NCBI GenBank assembly: GCA_963664015.2
Contig: CAXXLF010000002.1
Coordinates: forward strand, 1,408,001-1,472,000
From: Candidatus Binatia bacterium
GTDB lineage: Bacteria; Desulfobacterota; Binatia; UBA9968; CAXXLF01
Direction of reading: 5' to 3'
DNA length: 64,000 nucleotides
A program made the translations under genes and the position numbers. A model generated the notes under the pieces. That model was not told the origin of the DNA, made no database searches, and saw only the letters and a list, made by a program, of their open reading frames with translations. Shown here piece after piece: positions 46,146 through 56,007 of the stretch (position 1 is its first letter; each line of letters begins with the position of its first letter).

Positions 46146-46620
46146 GGACCACGGACTACTGACTACGGGACTACGAACAGACAGATATAGGGACAGAGCA
46201 AGAAAAGAAAAAGACAGTGGGCAGAAAGCCAGAGGTTGGAGGTCAGAAGTCAGCAAGAAGAAGGCTTACAGAAGAGAGAATCTTGGATTTGAATGCTGAG
46301 AACTAATCAAAACAATGAAAACTTACATTCCGGACACCTTGCCCTATGCGCCTTGCGATTACCCGTCTGCGATTATCGGCGTAGATCTGCGGTTAGCATA
46401 TTTTCTCCGAACTTGGCGCCCTTCGCGTCTTTGCTGCTCGCCCCGTGGTATAACGCTTCGGGCGAATAACCTGCGCGGTGAAGTATATATTCTACAGGGC
46501 AAGCTATCTTTTTCCGTAACTCTACGGTTAAGTATTCTTACCGCTATGCCTTTTGCCTTTTTACTTTTCCCTGTTAACTTGCGCAGCGCTTTGCGCCGTG
46601 CACTTTGCGCTATGCTGTTC
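46146..46620. repeat. Intergenic mosaic of short (mostly 7-nt) degenerate repeats: purine-rich arm then pyrimidine-rich arm
   Basis: Blocks CACGGACTACTGAC, GGAGGTCAGAAGTC, TGCTGAGAACTA and TTGCCCTATGC recur at 54.7-54.9 kb. Confidence 0.75.
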
Positions 46621-46632
46621 TCTAGATAGGAG

Positions 46633-49158
46633 ATGCCGGATCACATTGTAATCAAGGGGGCACGGGTCCACAACTTAAAGGACATCGACCTGGAGATCCC
46701 CCGGGACCGGCTCGTTGTGATCACGGGCGTTTCCGGATCCGGAAAGTCCTCCCTGGCCTTCGACACGGTGTACGCGGAAGGCCAGCGCCGCTACGTGGAA
46801 TCTCTCTCCGCCTATGCGAGGCAGTTTCTGGAACAGATGAGCCGGCCCGATGTCGACTCCATCGAAGGCCTCTCACCGGCTATTTCCATCGAACAGAAAA
46901 ACGCCAGTCAAAACCCTCGCTCGACGGTAGGAACCGCAACCGAGATTTACGATTACTTGCGACTGCTCTACGCACGCATCGGAAAACCGCTGTGCATCCG
47001 GTGCCGCCGGGAGATCTCCGCTCAAACCATTCAACAGGTCGTAGATCAGATCGTTTCTCTCCCACCGGGAACTCGGCTCCTTATCCTGGCCCCCATCGCC
47101 GTCAAGCGTAAGGGCGAGTATCGTCAGAATTTTCAGGACCTGGCACGGGCCGGATTCGCGCGTGTCAAGGTGGACGGGAAACTCCACGAGCTGGATCAAG
47201 AGATTGTCCTGAAGCGGGAGGTCCCCCACGACGTGGATCTGGTTGTGGATCGGCTTGTCGTCAGGGCCGGTATTGAGAAACGTCTGGCGGATTCCCTGGA
47301 GGTTGCCTCCCGATATGGCAAAGAAGTGATCAAGGTAGACGCCTCACCTGGCAATAGTGAGACGAAAATCCAGAGTATGCTCTATAGCCAGAAATTTGCC
47401 TGTGTTCATTGCGGACTCTCATATCCTGAGATCAGCCCACGATTGTTTTCCTTTAACAGCCCCGTGGGCGCATGTCCCAAGTGCAACGGCCTGGGAACCG
47501 AGATACCCAATGAAAGCCCCGAGCAAGGGCTCCCGCTGTTTATCCAGGCTCGTCCGTGCAAATCCTGCAATGGCACTCGCCTGAAGCGGGAAAGCCTTCA
47601 GGTAAAAATCTCTGGGAAGAGTATTGCAGAGGTTTGTTCTCTCCCCGTCCATGAGGCCCTTGAGTTTTTCACTGGCCTGGGACTGAGCCCTCACGAAGAA
47701 ACCATTGCCACCAGGGTGTTAAAGGAGATTAACGCCCGGTTGAACTTCGTGGTTCAAGTGGGTTTGGACTACCTGAGCCTCGACCGAGGCTCGGCTACTC
47801 TTTCGGGGGGAGAAGGACAACGGATCCGGCTGGCCACCCAGATTGGTTCAGGACTTGCCGGAGTGCTCTATATCCTCGATGAGCCGACCATTGGGCTTCA
47901 CCCAAGAGACAATGGGCGACTCCTGGCGATCCTTAAAAACCTACGCGACCTGGGGAACACGGTTCTGATCGTGGAGCATGACCGGGATACCATGGAGGAG
48001 GCAGATTATGTCATCGACATGGGTCCTGGGGCGGGGGTCCACGGCGGTGAGGTCGTTGCATGCGGGACAACCGAAGAGATTAAGGCCAATGAGAAATCCC
48101 TGACGGGACAATACCTTTCCGGGCGCAGATTGATTCCTACCCCACCCCACCGACGGCAGGGAACCGGTGCGAGCCTCACTATCAAAGGGGCCAGGCAAAA
48201 CAACCTGAAAGGGATCACCGTCGCCTTCCCTATCGGTGCCATGACCTGTGTCACGGGGGTTTCCGGATCGGGCAAGAGCAGCCTGGTAGTTGACACGCTA
48301 TACAAGACCCTGGCACCGCGAGTTCCGCGATTGAAGGACAGGACAAGGACATTCGATGAAATCCTGGGCTGGCAGCATTACGACAGGACGATCAACATCA
48401 CGCAGAATCCCATCGGTCGCACCCCAAGGTCGAATCCCGCCACCTTCACCGGGTTAATGGACCCTATCCGCGAGCTCTTTTCTCAACTCCCCGCTGCACG
48501 GGTGCGGGGTTACGGACCGGGCCGTTTTTCCTTCAACGTCAAAGGGGGACGGTGTGAGGCCTGTACCGGAGACGGAATTCTCCGGATTGAAATGCATTTT
48601 CTCCCCGATGTTTTCGTAACCTGCGAGGTTTGTGGCGGGCGGCGTTATAATCGAGAGACATTAGAGATCTTATATAAAGGTAGGGGCATAGCCGATGTAT
48701 TGGATCTGACGGTCAATCAGGCCCTCGAGTTTTTGGGGAACATCCCTCCAATAAGGCAAAAGCTCGAGACCCTCCGGGACGTAGGGCTCGGTTACATCCA
48801 TCTTGGACAGTCGGCTACCACTCTTTCGGGGGGAGAAGCGCAACGTATCAAGCTCTCCCGGGAGCTGAGCAAAAGATCTACGGGCAAAACCCTCTACATT
48901 CTGGATGAACCGACCACTGGCCTACACTTTGACGATGTCAGTAGGCTCCTGGACGTATTAAACAGGATTACCGATGCTGGCAATACGGTCATCATCATCG
49001 AACACAACCTGGACGTTATCAAATGCGCCGACTTTGTCCTCGATCTGGGACCCGAAGGAGGGGATTTGGGCGGCCAAATCCTTGCTCAGGGGACTCCCGA
49101 GGAGATATCTTCAATCCAATGGTCCTATACTGGGCACTTTTTGAAGCCTTTACTATGA
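46633..49158 (+). CDS. uvrA: Excinuclease ABC subunit A (841 aa, insertion domain absent)
   Basis: Two GVSGSGKSS Walker A motifs, LSGGE signatures, zinc-binding cysteines, UvrB-binding segment present. Confidence 0.97.
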   Translation: MPDHIVIKGARVHNLKDIDLEIPRDRLVVITGVSGSGKSSLAFDTVYAEGQRRYVESLSAYARQFLEQMSRPDVDSIEGLSPAISIEQKNASQNPRSTVGTATEIYDYLRLLYARIGKPLCIRCRREISAQTIQQVVDQIVSLPPGTRLLILAPIAVKRKGEYRQNFQDLARAGFARVKVDGKLHELDQEIVLKREVPHDVDLVVDRLVVRAGIEKRLADSLEVASRYGKEVIKVDASPGNSETKIQSMLYSQKFACVHCGLSYPEISPRLFSFNSPVGACPKCNGLGTEIPNESPEQGLPLFIQARPCKSCNGTRLKRESLQVKISGKSIAEVCSLPVHEALEFFTGLGLSPHEETIATRVLKEINARLNFVVQVGLDYLSLDRGSATLSGGEGQRIRLATQIGSGLAGVLYILDEPTIGLHPRDNGRLLAILKNLRDLGNTVLIVEHDRDTMEEADYVIDMGPGAGVHGGEVVACGTTEEIKANEKSLTGQYLSGRRLIPTPPHRRQGTGASLTIKGARQNNLKGITVAFPIGAMTCVTGVSGSGKSSLVVDTLYKTLAPRVPRLKDRTRTFDEILGWQHYDRTINITQNPIGRTPRSNPATFTGLMDPIRELFSQLPAARVRGYGPGRFSFNVKGGRCEACTGDGILRIEMHFLPDVFVTCEVCGGRRYNRETLEILYKGRGIADVLDLTVNQALEFLGNIPPIRQKLETLRDVGLGYIHLGQSATTLSGGEAQRIKLSRELSKRSTGKTLYILDEPTTGLHFDDVSRLLDVLNRITDAGNTVIIIEHNLDVIKCADFVLDLGPEGGDLGGQILAQGTPEEISSIQWSYTGHFLKPLL

Positions 49159-49219
49159 CCTATGTAATTACTATAACTATGTTATATAAGCCTCCGACCA
49201 AACCCCTTCCCAAAATGCC

Positions 49220-49268
49220 TTGACATCAATATTTGCTTCCTATATATAAGACCCATTAAGTCTAGATT
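49220..49268 (+). promoter_or_regulatory. Sigma70 promoter of iscS overlapped by an IscR/Rrf2-like operator
   Basis: TTGACA (49220-49225), 17 nt, TATATA. ATATAA-GAC-CCATTAA-GTC-TAGATT at 49244-49268 has the GAC-N7-GTC core. Confidence 0.6.
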
Positions 49269-49314
49269 GTTATTGTTACGATTGGGCTTATTGTATTCGT
49301 AGTGTGAATAAACA

Positions 49315-50562
49315 GTGAAGATACCCATATACATGGATCATCACGCGACAACGCCTGTGGATCCGAAGGTATTACAGGAAATGCTGCCCTATTTTTGTGA
49401 AAAATTCGGTAATGCGGGTAGCCGCAACCACCAGTTTGGCTGGGAGGCTGAGGCAGGCGTGGATGACGCCCGAGAGCAGATCGCCCGCTTGATCGGTGCC
49501 ACCCTTCCCCAAGAGATCATCTTTACCAGTGGCGCCACAGAATCCGACAATCTGGCCATCAAGGGTGTCGCTGAGGCATATAAGGATGAGGGCAATCACA
49601 TCGTAACCTGCGCGACCGAGCACAAGGCAGTGCTGGATAGCTGCAAGTCACTGGAAAAGATAGGTTACCGTGTTACATTTCTCCCCGTGGACCGGTTTGG
49701 AGCACTGGATCTCGAGAGGTTAGGCGATGTCATTTCCAAGGAGACCATTCTCGTATCCGTTATGGCAGCCAACAACGAGATTGGGACGTTGCATCCTATC
49801 GGTGAGATCGGGCGTATCGTGAAACAAAAGGGAACACTCTTTCATTGTGATGCAACCCAAGGAGTGGGCAAGATCCCCATCCATGTACAAGATATGGGAA
49901 TCGATCTCCTCTCCCTATCAGGGCACAAGTTATACGGTCCCAAGGGAATCGGAGCCCTTTATGTACGCTCCAAGCAACCAAAGATTCGGCTCAAACCCAT
50001 CATCGAAGGGGGCGGTCAGGAAAAAGGGATCCGTTCGGGAACCCTCAATGTTCCCGGTATCATAGGACTCGGGAGAGCCTGCCAAATCGCTCAGGAGCAA
50101 ATGTCCGAGGAGGCAACACGGCTCACCCGTTTACGAGAAAGGCTGAAAGACGGGATCTTTTCGGGCCTCGACAGTGTTTACTTAAATGGGGACCCAGTAA
50201 ACCGCATTCCCGGTAACCTGAATGTGAGCTTTGCCCATGTGGATGGAGAATCCTTAATGATGGGACTCAAAGAGATAGCTGTTTCATCGGGTTCAACCTG
50301 CACTTCTGCGGTTTTCAAACCTTCTTATGTATTAAAGGCTTTGGGCGTAAAAGAGGACCTTGCCAATGCCTCCATCCGTTTCGGGCTAGGACGGACCAAT
50401 ACGGAAGAAGAGGTCGATTACACCGTTAAGCGGGTCGTCCAAGAGGTCAAGCGGCTGCAGGCGGGATCTCAGATCACAGCCGCATCTAAAACCGAATTTT
50501 CTAAGGAACGGGTAACCCAACCTCGTTTAAACCCGTCTAAGGTTGAAGGAAGGATCGTTTGA
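49315..50562 (+). CDS. iscS: Cysteine desulfurase (IscS type)
   Basis: [39 protein letters not shown]. Confidence 0.95.
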   Translation: MKIPIYMDHHATTPVDPKVLQEMLPYFCEKFGNAGSRNHQFGWEAEAGVDDAREQIARLIGATLPQEIIFTSGATESDNLAIKGVAEAYKDEGNHIVTCATEHKAVLDSCKSLEKIGYRVTFLPVDRFGALDLERLGDVISKETILVSVMAANNEIGTLHPIGEIGRIVKQKGTLFHCDATQGVGKIPIHVQDMGIDLLSLSGHKLYGPKGIGALYVRSKQPKIRLKPIIEGGGQEKGIRSGTLNVPGIIGLGRACQIAQEQMSEEATRLTRLRERLKDGIFSGLDSVYLNGDPVNRIPGNLNVSFAHVDGESLMMGLKEIAVSSGSTCTSAVFKPSYVLKALGVKEDLANASIRFGLGRTNTEEEVDYTVKRVVQEVKRLQAGSQITAASKTEFSKERVTQPRLNPSKVEGRIV

Positions 50563-50566
50563 ATTC

Positions 50567-50896
50567 ATGGCAACAGGTGTAACCATAAGTGATCGGGCCG
50601 CCGAAAGGATCAGACAGTTAATGGCGGAGGAGAACAAATCCAACCAAGGACTGCGCGTCAAGGTGGTGGGCGGGGGATGCTCGGGGTTGCATTACAAGCT
50701 GGACTTCGATGACCCGAAACCGGGAGACCGCATCTTCGAGAATGAGGGCGCCAAGATCATCGTCGATATGAAGAGCCTCCTCTACCTCACGGGGACCGAA
50801 CTGGAGTATCAGGAGAGCCTGATCCAATCGGGTTTCATCTTTCAGAATCCCAACGTCAAGCGCACCTGCGGTTGTGGTTCCTCGTTTGCAGTTTAG
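50567..50896 (+). CDS. iscA: A-type Fe-S carrier (IscA/HesB family)
   Basis: GGGCSG and TCGCGSSF motifs. Confidence 0.93.
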   Translation: MATGVTISDRAAERIRQLMAEENKSNQGLRVKVVGGGCSGLHYKLDFDDPKPGDRIFENEGAKIIVDMKSLLYLTGTELEYQESLIQSGFIFQNPNVKRTCGCGSSFAV

Positions 50897-50914
50897 GGGA
50901 GTGGCAAACACCCT

Positions 50915-52078
50915 ATGGGTTCCGAAATTTATTTTGATAATAATGCGACGACCCGTCTGGCGCCCGAGGCCTTCGAGGCCATGCAACCCTATTTGACCGA
51001 GTTGTATGGGAACCCGTCCAGCATCCATAGCTTTGGCAGTCAGGTCGCCAGAAAGATTCAGGAGGCACGGGAGCAGGTTGCCGAGTTGATCGGTGCGGCG
51101 GATCCCATCGAGGTCCTCTTTACCAGCTGCGGCACCGAGGGAGACAACGCTGCTATTCGAAGTATTCTCGAATCCCGTCCCGACAAGCGTCACATTGTGA
51201 CCACGCAGGTGGAGCACCCTGCGGTCCGGGGACTCTGCCAGAATCTGGAAAAGAAGGGCTACCGGGTGACTTGGATTCCCGTCAATCATGACGGGACGCT
51301 CGATTTGGATGAACTCGAAGGGGCCCTGAGCGACGACACCGCCCTGGTTTCCGTCATGGCGGCCAACAACGAAACCGGAGTCGTCTTTCCTATTGAAGCG
51401 ATCGGCAAGAGGGTACGGGGGAAACGTATACCCTTTCATGTGGACGCGGTTCAAGCGGTTGGCAAGACTCCCATCAACGTAAAGAACTGGCCCGTGGACC
51501 TGCTCACCTTATCGGGACACAAGCTCTACGGTCCCAAGGGCGTCGGCGCCCTGTATGTGCGCCGGGGAATAACCTTCCATCCCTTTATCCTGGGAGGGCA
51601 TCAAGAACGTGATCGAAGGGCCGGGACGGAGAACGTGGCCAGCATTATAGGCATGGGCAGAGCCGCTCAACTAGCCAAAAAGCATATGGTGAAAGAGTCT
51701 AAACGATTAAGCCAGCTCCGCGATCGACTGGAACAGTCCCTGTTATCAAATCTCGAGTGCAGAGTGAACGGCGACCGAGAGAACAGACTGCCCAATACCT
51801 TGAACGTGAGCTTTGAATTTCTAGAAGGGGAGGCGATACTGGTCCTCCTTGACGAGTACGGGATTTGCGCCTCAACAGGTTCTGCCTGTACGGCCGGATC
51901 GGTCGAACCCTCCCATGTGCTTCGGGCTATGGGCGTTGAGCCCAGTTGGATCCAGGGCACGTTGCGGTTCAGTCTCGGCCGCTACAACACAGAGCAAGAA
52001 GTAGACTTTGCCGCAGAGAAAATGCCTGGAATCGTGCAGAGGCTACAAGGTCTTTCAGCTATGGGAAAGGCGGGATGA
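50915..52078 (+). CDS. nifS: Second cysteine desulfurase (NifS type)
   Basis: [41 protein letters not shown]. Confidence 0.9.
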   Translation: MGSEIYFDNNATTRLAPEAFEAMQPYLTELYGNPSSIHSFGSQVARKIQEAREQVAELIGAADPIEVLFTSCGTEGDNAAIRSILESRPDKRHIVTTQVEHPAVRGLCQNLEKKGYRVTWIPVNHDGTLDLDELEGALSDDTALVSVMAANNETGVVFPIEAIGKRVRGKRIPFHVDAVQAVGKTPINVKNWPVDLLTLSGHKLYGPKGVGALYVRRGITFHPFILGGHQERDRRAGTENVASIIGMGRAAQLAKKHMVKESKRLSQLRDRLEQSLLSNLECRVNGDRENRLPNTLNVSFEFLEGEAILVLLDEYGICASTGSACTAGSVEPSHVLRAMGVEPSWIQGTLRFSLGRYNTEQEVDFAAEKMPGIVQRLQGLSAMGKAG

Positions 52079-52263
52079 CGGCACGGGGCCGGAAAATGGA
52101 CATCCGAAACAGAGGTACAAATTAAAGTTGTGAATAACACAAATAATTTCAATGACCGTATAGGCGGAGCCACCATATCACGGGAAGCCTTAGTCGGCTT
52201 CTCTTTCGAGTGCGGCTTGTTCCAATCGAGGACCAGGCCGCAGCCGAGAGGGAGGTGGTCACT

Positions 52264-52722
52264 ATGACATATGAATCGAGCCTGACCATGGAAGAGAGGG
52301 TCCAGTCCTTATTCCAGCCAGACACCGTTCTTCCTGCCCAGTACCTTGATACGGTACGCAGGAAGACACATCTAGAACCAGAAAAGAGGCTGATGTTGTC
52401 GGTCCTGGAAGACGCCGTGGCCTGCTTTCAGAAATACGCTACGGCCCGTGATGCGCGCAGCAAGAGTCGCTTAGGCGAAGCGGAAGAGTGGATCCGGGAA
52501 GAAGGAGGCGACTGGCTTTTTTCCTTCGATAACATCTGCGAGTCCCTGGGTCTGAATCCCAAGTATATCCGGGGAGGTTTGCGTCAATGGAAGGAAAAAA
52601 CGTTGACCAAGCCGCCCCAGGCCAAGGTCTATCAGCTGTCGGAAAATCCAAGGGGACAGAAGAAACGCCCGGTAATTTCCGATGGCTCAGAGCCCCGTTA
52701 TCCCAAAGCGGCGGAGCGGTAA
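52264..52722 (+). CDS. Hypothetical protein (LFQPD...EPEKRLM..VLEDA...FSFDNICE.LG motif)
   Basis: ATG at 52264 with GGAGGTG RBS, coherent ORF, strong terminator downstream. Confidence 0.8.
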   Translation: MTYESSLTMEERVQSLFQPDTVLPAQYLDTVRRKTHLEPEKRLMLSVLEDAVACFQKYATARDARSKSRLGEAEEWIREEGGDWLFSFDNICESLGLNPKYIRGGLRQWKEKTLTKPPQAKVYQLSENPRGQKKRPVISDGSEPRYPKAAER

Positions 52723-52742
52723 TTCGTCTGTAATTGAGTCTC

Positions 52743-52776
52743 AAAGCGGTGGACCTTGCCAGTCCACCGCTTTTTT
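52743..52776 (+). terminator. Intrinsic terminator
   Basis: AAAGCGGTGGAC-7 nt-GTCCACCGC-TTTTTT. Confidence 0.9.
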
Positions 52777-52825
52777 AGTTTATATCAATAACAGGGCACC
52801 TCTAACAGTGATTCAACGCTAAACC

Positions 52826-53320
52826 ATGGAGCCTCCTCCAAAGATAAGAATAGGGAACGGAACCCAACGCTCCCTGCAGTGGATCCGCTACCGGACCGGG
52901 GAGATTTTTATACGGGCATTCGTCGCTGTACTGGCGTGGCTACCCGAGAAATTTTTATCCGCCCTCACACGGGCGGGGTTTCGACTCGCCTACCATCGGC
53001 TTTGGAAATACCGGCGACGGATGGAAACGAATCTAGCATCGGTGATGACTGAAGAGTTTCCAAGCCAGAAGGAGCGCGAGACACTCGATTCGCCCAATTG
53101 ATGGACCAGTACCGGCTCCAGGTAGGGATCAAAACCATTTCGGCACGGCCCCGCCGCGTGGCTGCCCAGCGCATTATCAAGGCGCTACGGGGCAATAGCA
53201 TTGTTCTCATCCTCGCTGACGAACTCAAGTCCACCGGAGCAGAGGTGGAATTCTTCGGTCAGGTTTACCCGTTCCCTCGCGGCCCTGTGACATTGGCCAT
53301 GCGGGTGGGGGCACTCCTTC
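52826..53320 (+). pseudogene. LpxL/HtrB-type lipid A acyltransferase remnant
   Basis: N-terminal part (RRRMETNL) jumps near 53086 to ILAD...VEFFG...PRGPVTLA. The catalytic HxxxxD/E region and the C-terminus are missing. Confidence 0.75.
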
Positions 53321-53648
53321 AATGCATCGTCGAAAAATTGGGCGTATTTTTTGAAGTTGAAGGTCGGTCGCGCCGCCGAAAAGGCATCGGTAAATTATGC
53401 TGCTGCTTAGTGAGTTCCCCCGAATCCTTTGCTTCACTGGAGCGTGCCAACAGGGCCGCCGAGTAGAGCAGCGTCAACACCTGCCCAAAGGCGCGGGTCT
53501 TCATGTCCCTTACGGCCTCGATGGCCTCACCCACCTCGGTTACCGTAATATATTCGGTTTTCCAGGGAAGGCGGGTTTCATCCAGTATTCTGAAGCGGTC
53601 TCCTTCCCAGATCACCGGTGCGAACAGCGGACTGGCGGCTTCGACCAT
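53315..53648 (-). pseudogene. Truncated methylthioribose-1-phosphate isomerase (MtnA/eIF-2B-like)
   Basis: ILDETRLP...Y......EAIEAVRDM..R, then after a frameshift near 53391 AARPT. Ends after about 110 codons; downstream of a nucleoside phosphorylase. Confidence 0.75.
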
Positions 53649-53652
53649 GGCA

Positions 53653-54390
53653 TTAACCCATATATTGGAGCGCCTTAAGCGCAATTTTAATCATCTTGTT
53701 TTCGGTGGCGACAAATCGGGGGTGGCGAAATCCAAATTTCCCGGTGAGACATTCATCGGAAACGACCAGGATCGCCCCGGCTTTCCTATTGCACACCTGA
53801 GCCACGGTGAGAAAGGCGGAAGTGACCATGTCGATGCCCGAGATCCCCTGCTGGTTGAGCTCTTCGAGGAGTTCCGGGGTCTCGCGAAACAGGGCGTCGG
53901 TCGTGTATACCCAGCCCAAGTGTACCCGGGCCTTGAGACTCTTGGCTGCTTTTGCCAGGGCACCGACGATTTCCGTGTCGGCTACAGTGGAAAAACTTTT
54001 AGGAACGTAATAGGGGGTCGTCCCCTCACCCCGTACCGCTCCCGTGACGACCACGAGATCACCGATCTTGACCTTCTGACTCAAGGAACCGCAGCTGCCG
54101 ATACGGATGAGGGATTCCACCCCGCCGGCACAGATCAGCTCCGTAGTGATGGCCGTGTCGGCGGCATAACGCCCGCCGTTGCCCACGGTCACTCGCTTTC
54201 CATTGCTGGTGCCCGTATACATCTCATAGTCGAGGAAGGCAAAACTCTTCTCCGGGTTCTCGAGGGCGTCGATCAGAAGTTTGGAACGCTCCTTGGGACC
54301 GGAGATCAGGGCAATGGATCCCAGGGAACCGGCTTTGACCCCCATTAACGATAGTAGTTTATTAGGTGTGAAGTGAGGTTCTTTACGCAT
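53653..54390 (-). CDS. Nucleoside phosphorylase (uridine phosphorylase/DeoD family)
   Basis: SGPKER, IRIGSCG, AVRGEGT, TTDALFRET, DM, VVSD. Confidence 0.9.
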   Translation of the reverse strand: MRKEPHFTPNKLLSLMGVKAGSLGSIALISGPKERSKLLIDALENPEKSFAFLDYEMYTGTSNGKRVTVGNGGRYAADTAITTELICAGGVESLIRIGSCGSLSQKVKIGDLVVVTGAVRGEGTTPYYVPKSFSTVADTEIVGALAKAAKSLKARVHLGWVYTTDALFRETPELLEELNQQGISGIDMVTSAFLTVAQVCNRKAGAILVVSDECLTGKFGFRHPRFVATENKMIKIALKALQYMG

Positions 54391-54528
54391 TGTTGGCGGT
54401 ATCCTGTCTAGATTGACTTCTGGTCGAGCACAACCCTGGGCGGAGTAGACCCGCGTTTGACGCCCCCTATCATTAAAGGGGGCTAGTTATCGGATTTCCC
54501 TGAGATAATGGGCCAATGGATAACACAT

Positions 54529-54557
54529 AAAATATTTGACCTTTAATCAATTGTCAA
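54529..54557 (-). promoter_or_regulatory. Candidate promoter of the nucleoside phosphorylase operon, with a TTGAC-N12-GTCAA palindrome
   Basis: TTGACA-17 nt-TATTTT on the minus strand; palindrome at 54536-54557. Confidence 0.5.
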
Positions 54558-54600
54558 GATTGGGAAGAGCCGGTCTCCCTTCGCCTAATCGGCAACGGGG

Positions 54601-54905
54601 AGCACCGAGCGCCAAATAGTAAGACAGTAGGCAGTACGCAGGGGGCAGTAAGACGCAAAGCGCATGGCGCCAAAAGCCAGAGATCGAAAGTCAGAGATCA
54701 GCAAAGCCAGGAAGACGGCAGGCTACTAGGATAAGATTTTAGATTTTTTCTACGTGCTGAGAACTACTATCTGGTTGTTGTCCTGTGGTCAGTAGTCCGT
54801 GAGTTGCTGCCGACTAACTTTCTACGCTTTGCCCTATGCCATTTGCTTTCTTCTTAGCTTGCCGCTGACTTCCGACTTCTGACCTCCGACCTCTCGCATC
54901 TGGCC
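54601..54905. repeat. Short-repeat mosaic element left of marR, containing the 56-bp inverted-repeat arm 54655-54710
   Basis: Purine-rich arm, AT-rich core, pyrimidine-rich arm; shares blocks with 46.1-46.4 kb and 55.4-55.7 kb. Confidence 0.8.
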
Positions 54906-54962
54906 ACCTACTGAAACGATTGGTTGCCTTTTACTCCGCCATTTGTTTAAACTCGCCCCTTG

Positions 54963-55397
54963 ATGACAAAGGCGTTTTTGAACCGGTATAGCAACAGCCT
55001 CTGGATCCGTTTCTTGCGCTTCAGCATATTTTCCAAAAAGAAGCTTCAGCAGGACCTAGAAAAGATCGGCCTCACTCCGCCCCAGTACTACCTTCTGGCG
55101 ACCATTGGCTATTCGGGCCGGCTCTCCTTCAGCGAGATCGGCGCCAAGATGATGGTGACTGTCAGTAATCTCACGGGTATCGCGGATCGCCTCGAGGAAA
55201 AGGGCTTCGCGGAGAGGGAGCGGGACAAGCGCGACCGCCGCGTGGTTTACGTCCAACTCACCAGCAAGGGGAGCAAACTCTACAAGGTGGCGATTTCTGC
55301 CTTCGAGAAGAGCGTCGCCGGTGTCTTTTCTCTATTGGAACCTGCTGAACAGAGACAACTCTATGCCCTCTTGCGTAAGCTGCTCCGCGCCCCCTGA
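54963..55397 (+). CDS. MarR family transcriptional regulator
   Basis: GLTPPQY..L, NLTGIADRLEEKGF.ER, DRRVVYVQLT.KG. Confidence 0.95.
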   Translation: MTKAFLNRYSNSLWIRFLRFSIFSKKKLQQDLEKIGLTPPQYYLLATIGYSGRLSFSEIGAKMMVTVSNLTGIADRLEEKGFAERERDKRDRRVVYVQLTSKGSKLYKVAISAFEKSVAGVFSLLEPAEQRQLYALLRKLLRAP

Positions 55398-55404
55398 ATC
55401 AGCT

Positions 55405-55720
55405 AGCGCTACGGACGGTTCGACTACGGACGACAGGACTACGACCAGACAGAAACAGAAATAGGGAAGAGATCAGATTTCAGAGGTTAGAAAGACAGCT
55501 AGCAGCATGCAGACAGCAGCTGTAAACTAAGACCTAATACTGATAACTGATTACTGACACCTTACGACTGAAAATCCGTACGCTTTCCGCTTTGCAGCCA
55601 ACGATGGAATCTGAGCGCTACTCCCTGCCTGCTTATTGCTGGCTTCGCTGATCTCTGACTTTCGATCTCTGGCTTTTGGCGCCATGCGCCTTGCTCTATG
55701 CAGCGCCATCCACCCATGCC
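55405..55720. repeat. Short-repeat mosaic element right of marR, containing the 56-bp inverted-repeat arm 55639-55694
   Basis: Reverse complement of 55639-55694 matches 54655-54710 at 54/56 positions. Confidence 0.8.
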
Positions 55721-55734
55721 CGCGGGATCCGTGG

Positions 55735-56007
55735 CTAGTCTCCCCTGGCAAAACAATGGGTACAACAGTTATAGATCCAGCCGAACAGGGCGCCTCCCAC
55801 AGCACCATCCAGCGCGCCATACAGGGCCCCTACGATAGCACTACCCAGAGTCTCCGTGAGCTTATAACCCGGATAGATGGAACTCATGACCTCGAGAAAA
55901 CTCCGGCCGTAATCTGGCCAAATGAGGTTGGCCAAGGCAACGAGCAAGCACGATCCTCCCCACAGGATCGCCGCCGTCATAGTCAAGGACTTAACCGAAA
56001 GTTTCAT
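55735..56007 (-). CDS. Small two-TM membrane protein of unknown function
   Basis: Hydrophobic segments around a SIYPGY motif; AGGAGG RBS; ATGA overlap with the addA stop. Confidence 0.8.
   Translation of the reverse strand: MKLSVKSLTMTAAILWGGSCLLVALANLIWPDYGRSFLEVMSSIYPGYKLTETLGSAIVGALYGALDGAVGGALFGWIYNCCTHCFARGD

Noticed and set aside
46146-46620. Repeat-rich spacers as a CRISPR array
   Set aside because: No constant 23-47 nt repeat with regular unique spacers, and no cas genes.
52128-52142. TTGTGAATAACACAA as a Rex or CRP site
   Set aside because: Half-site spacing is shorter than either consensus; single occurrence.
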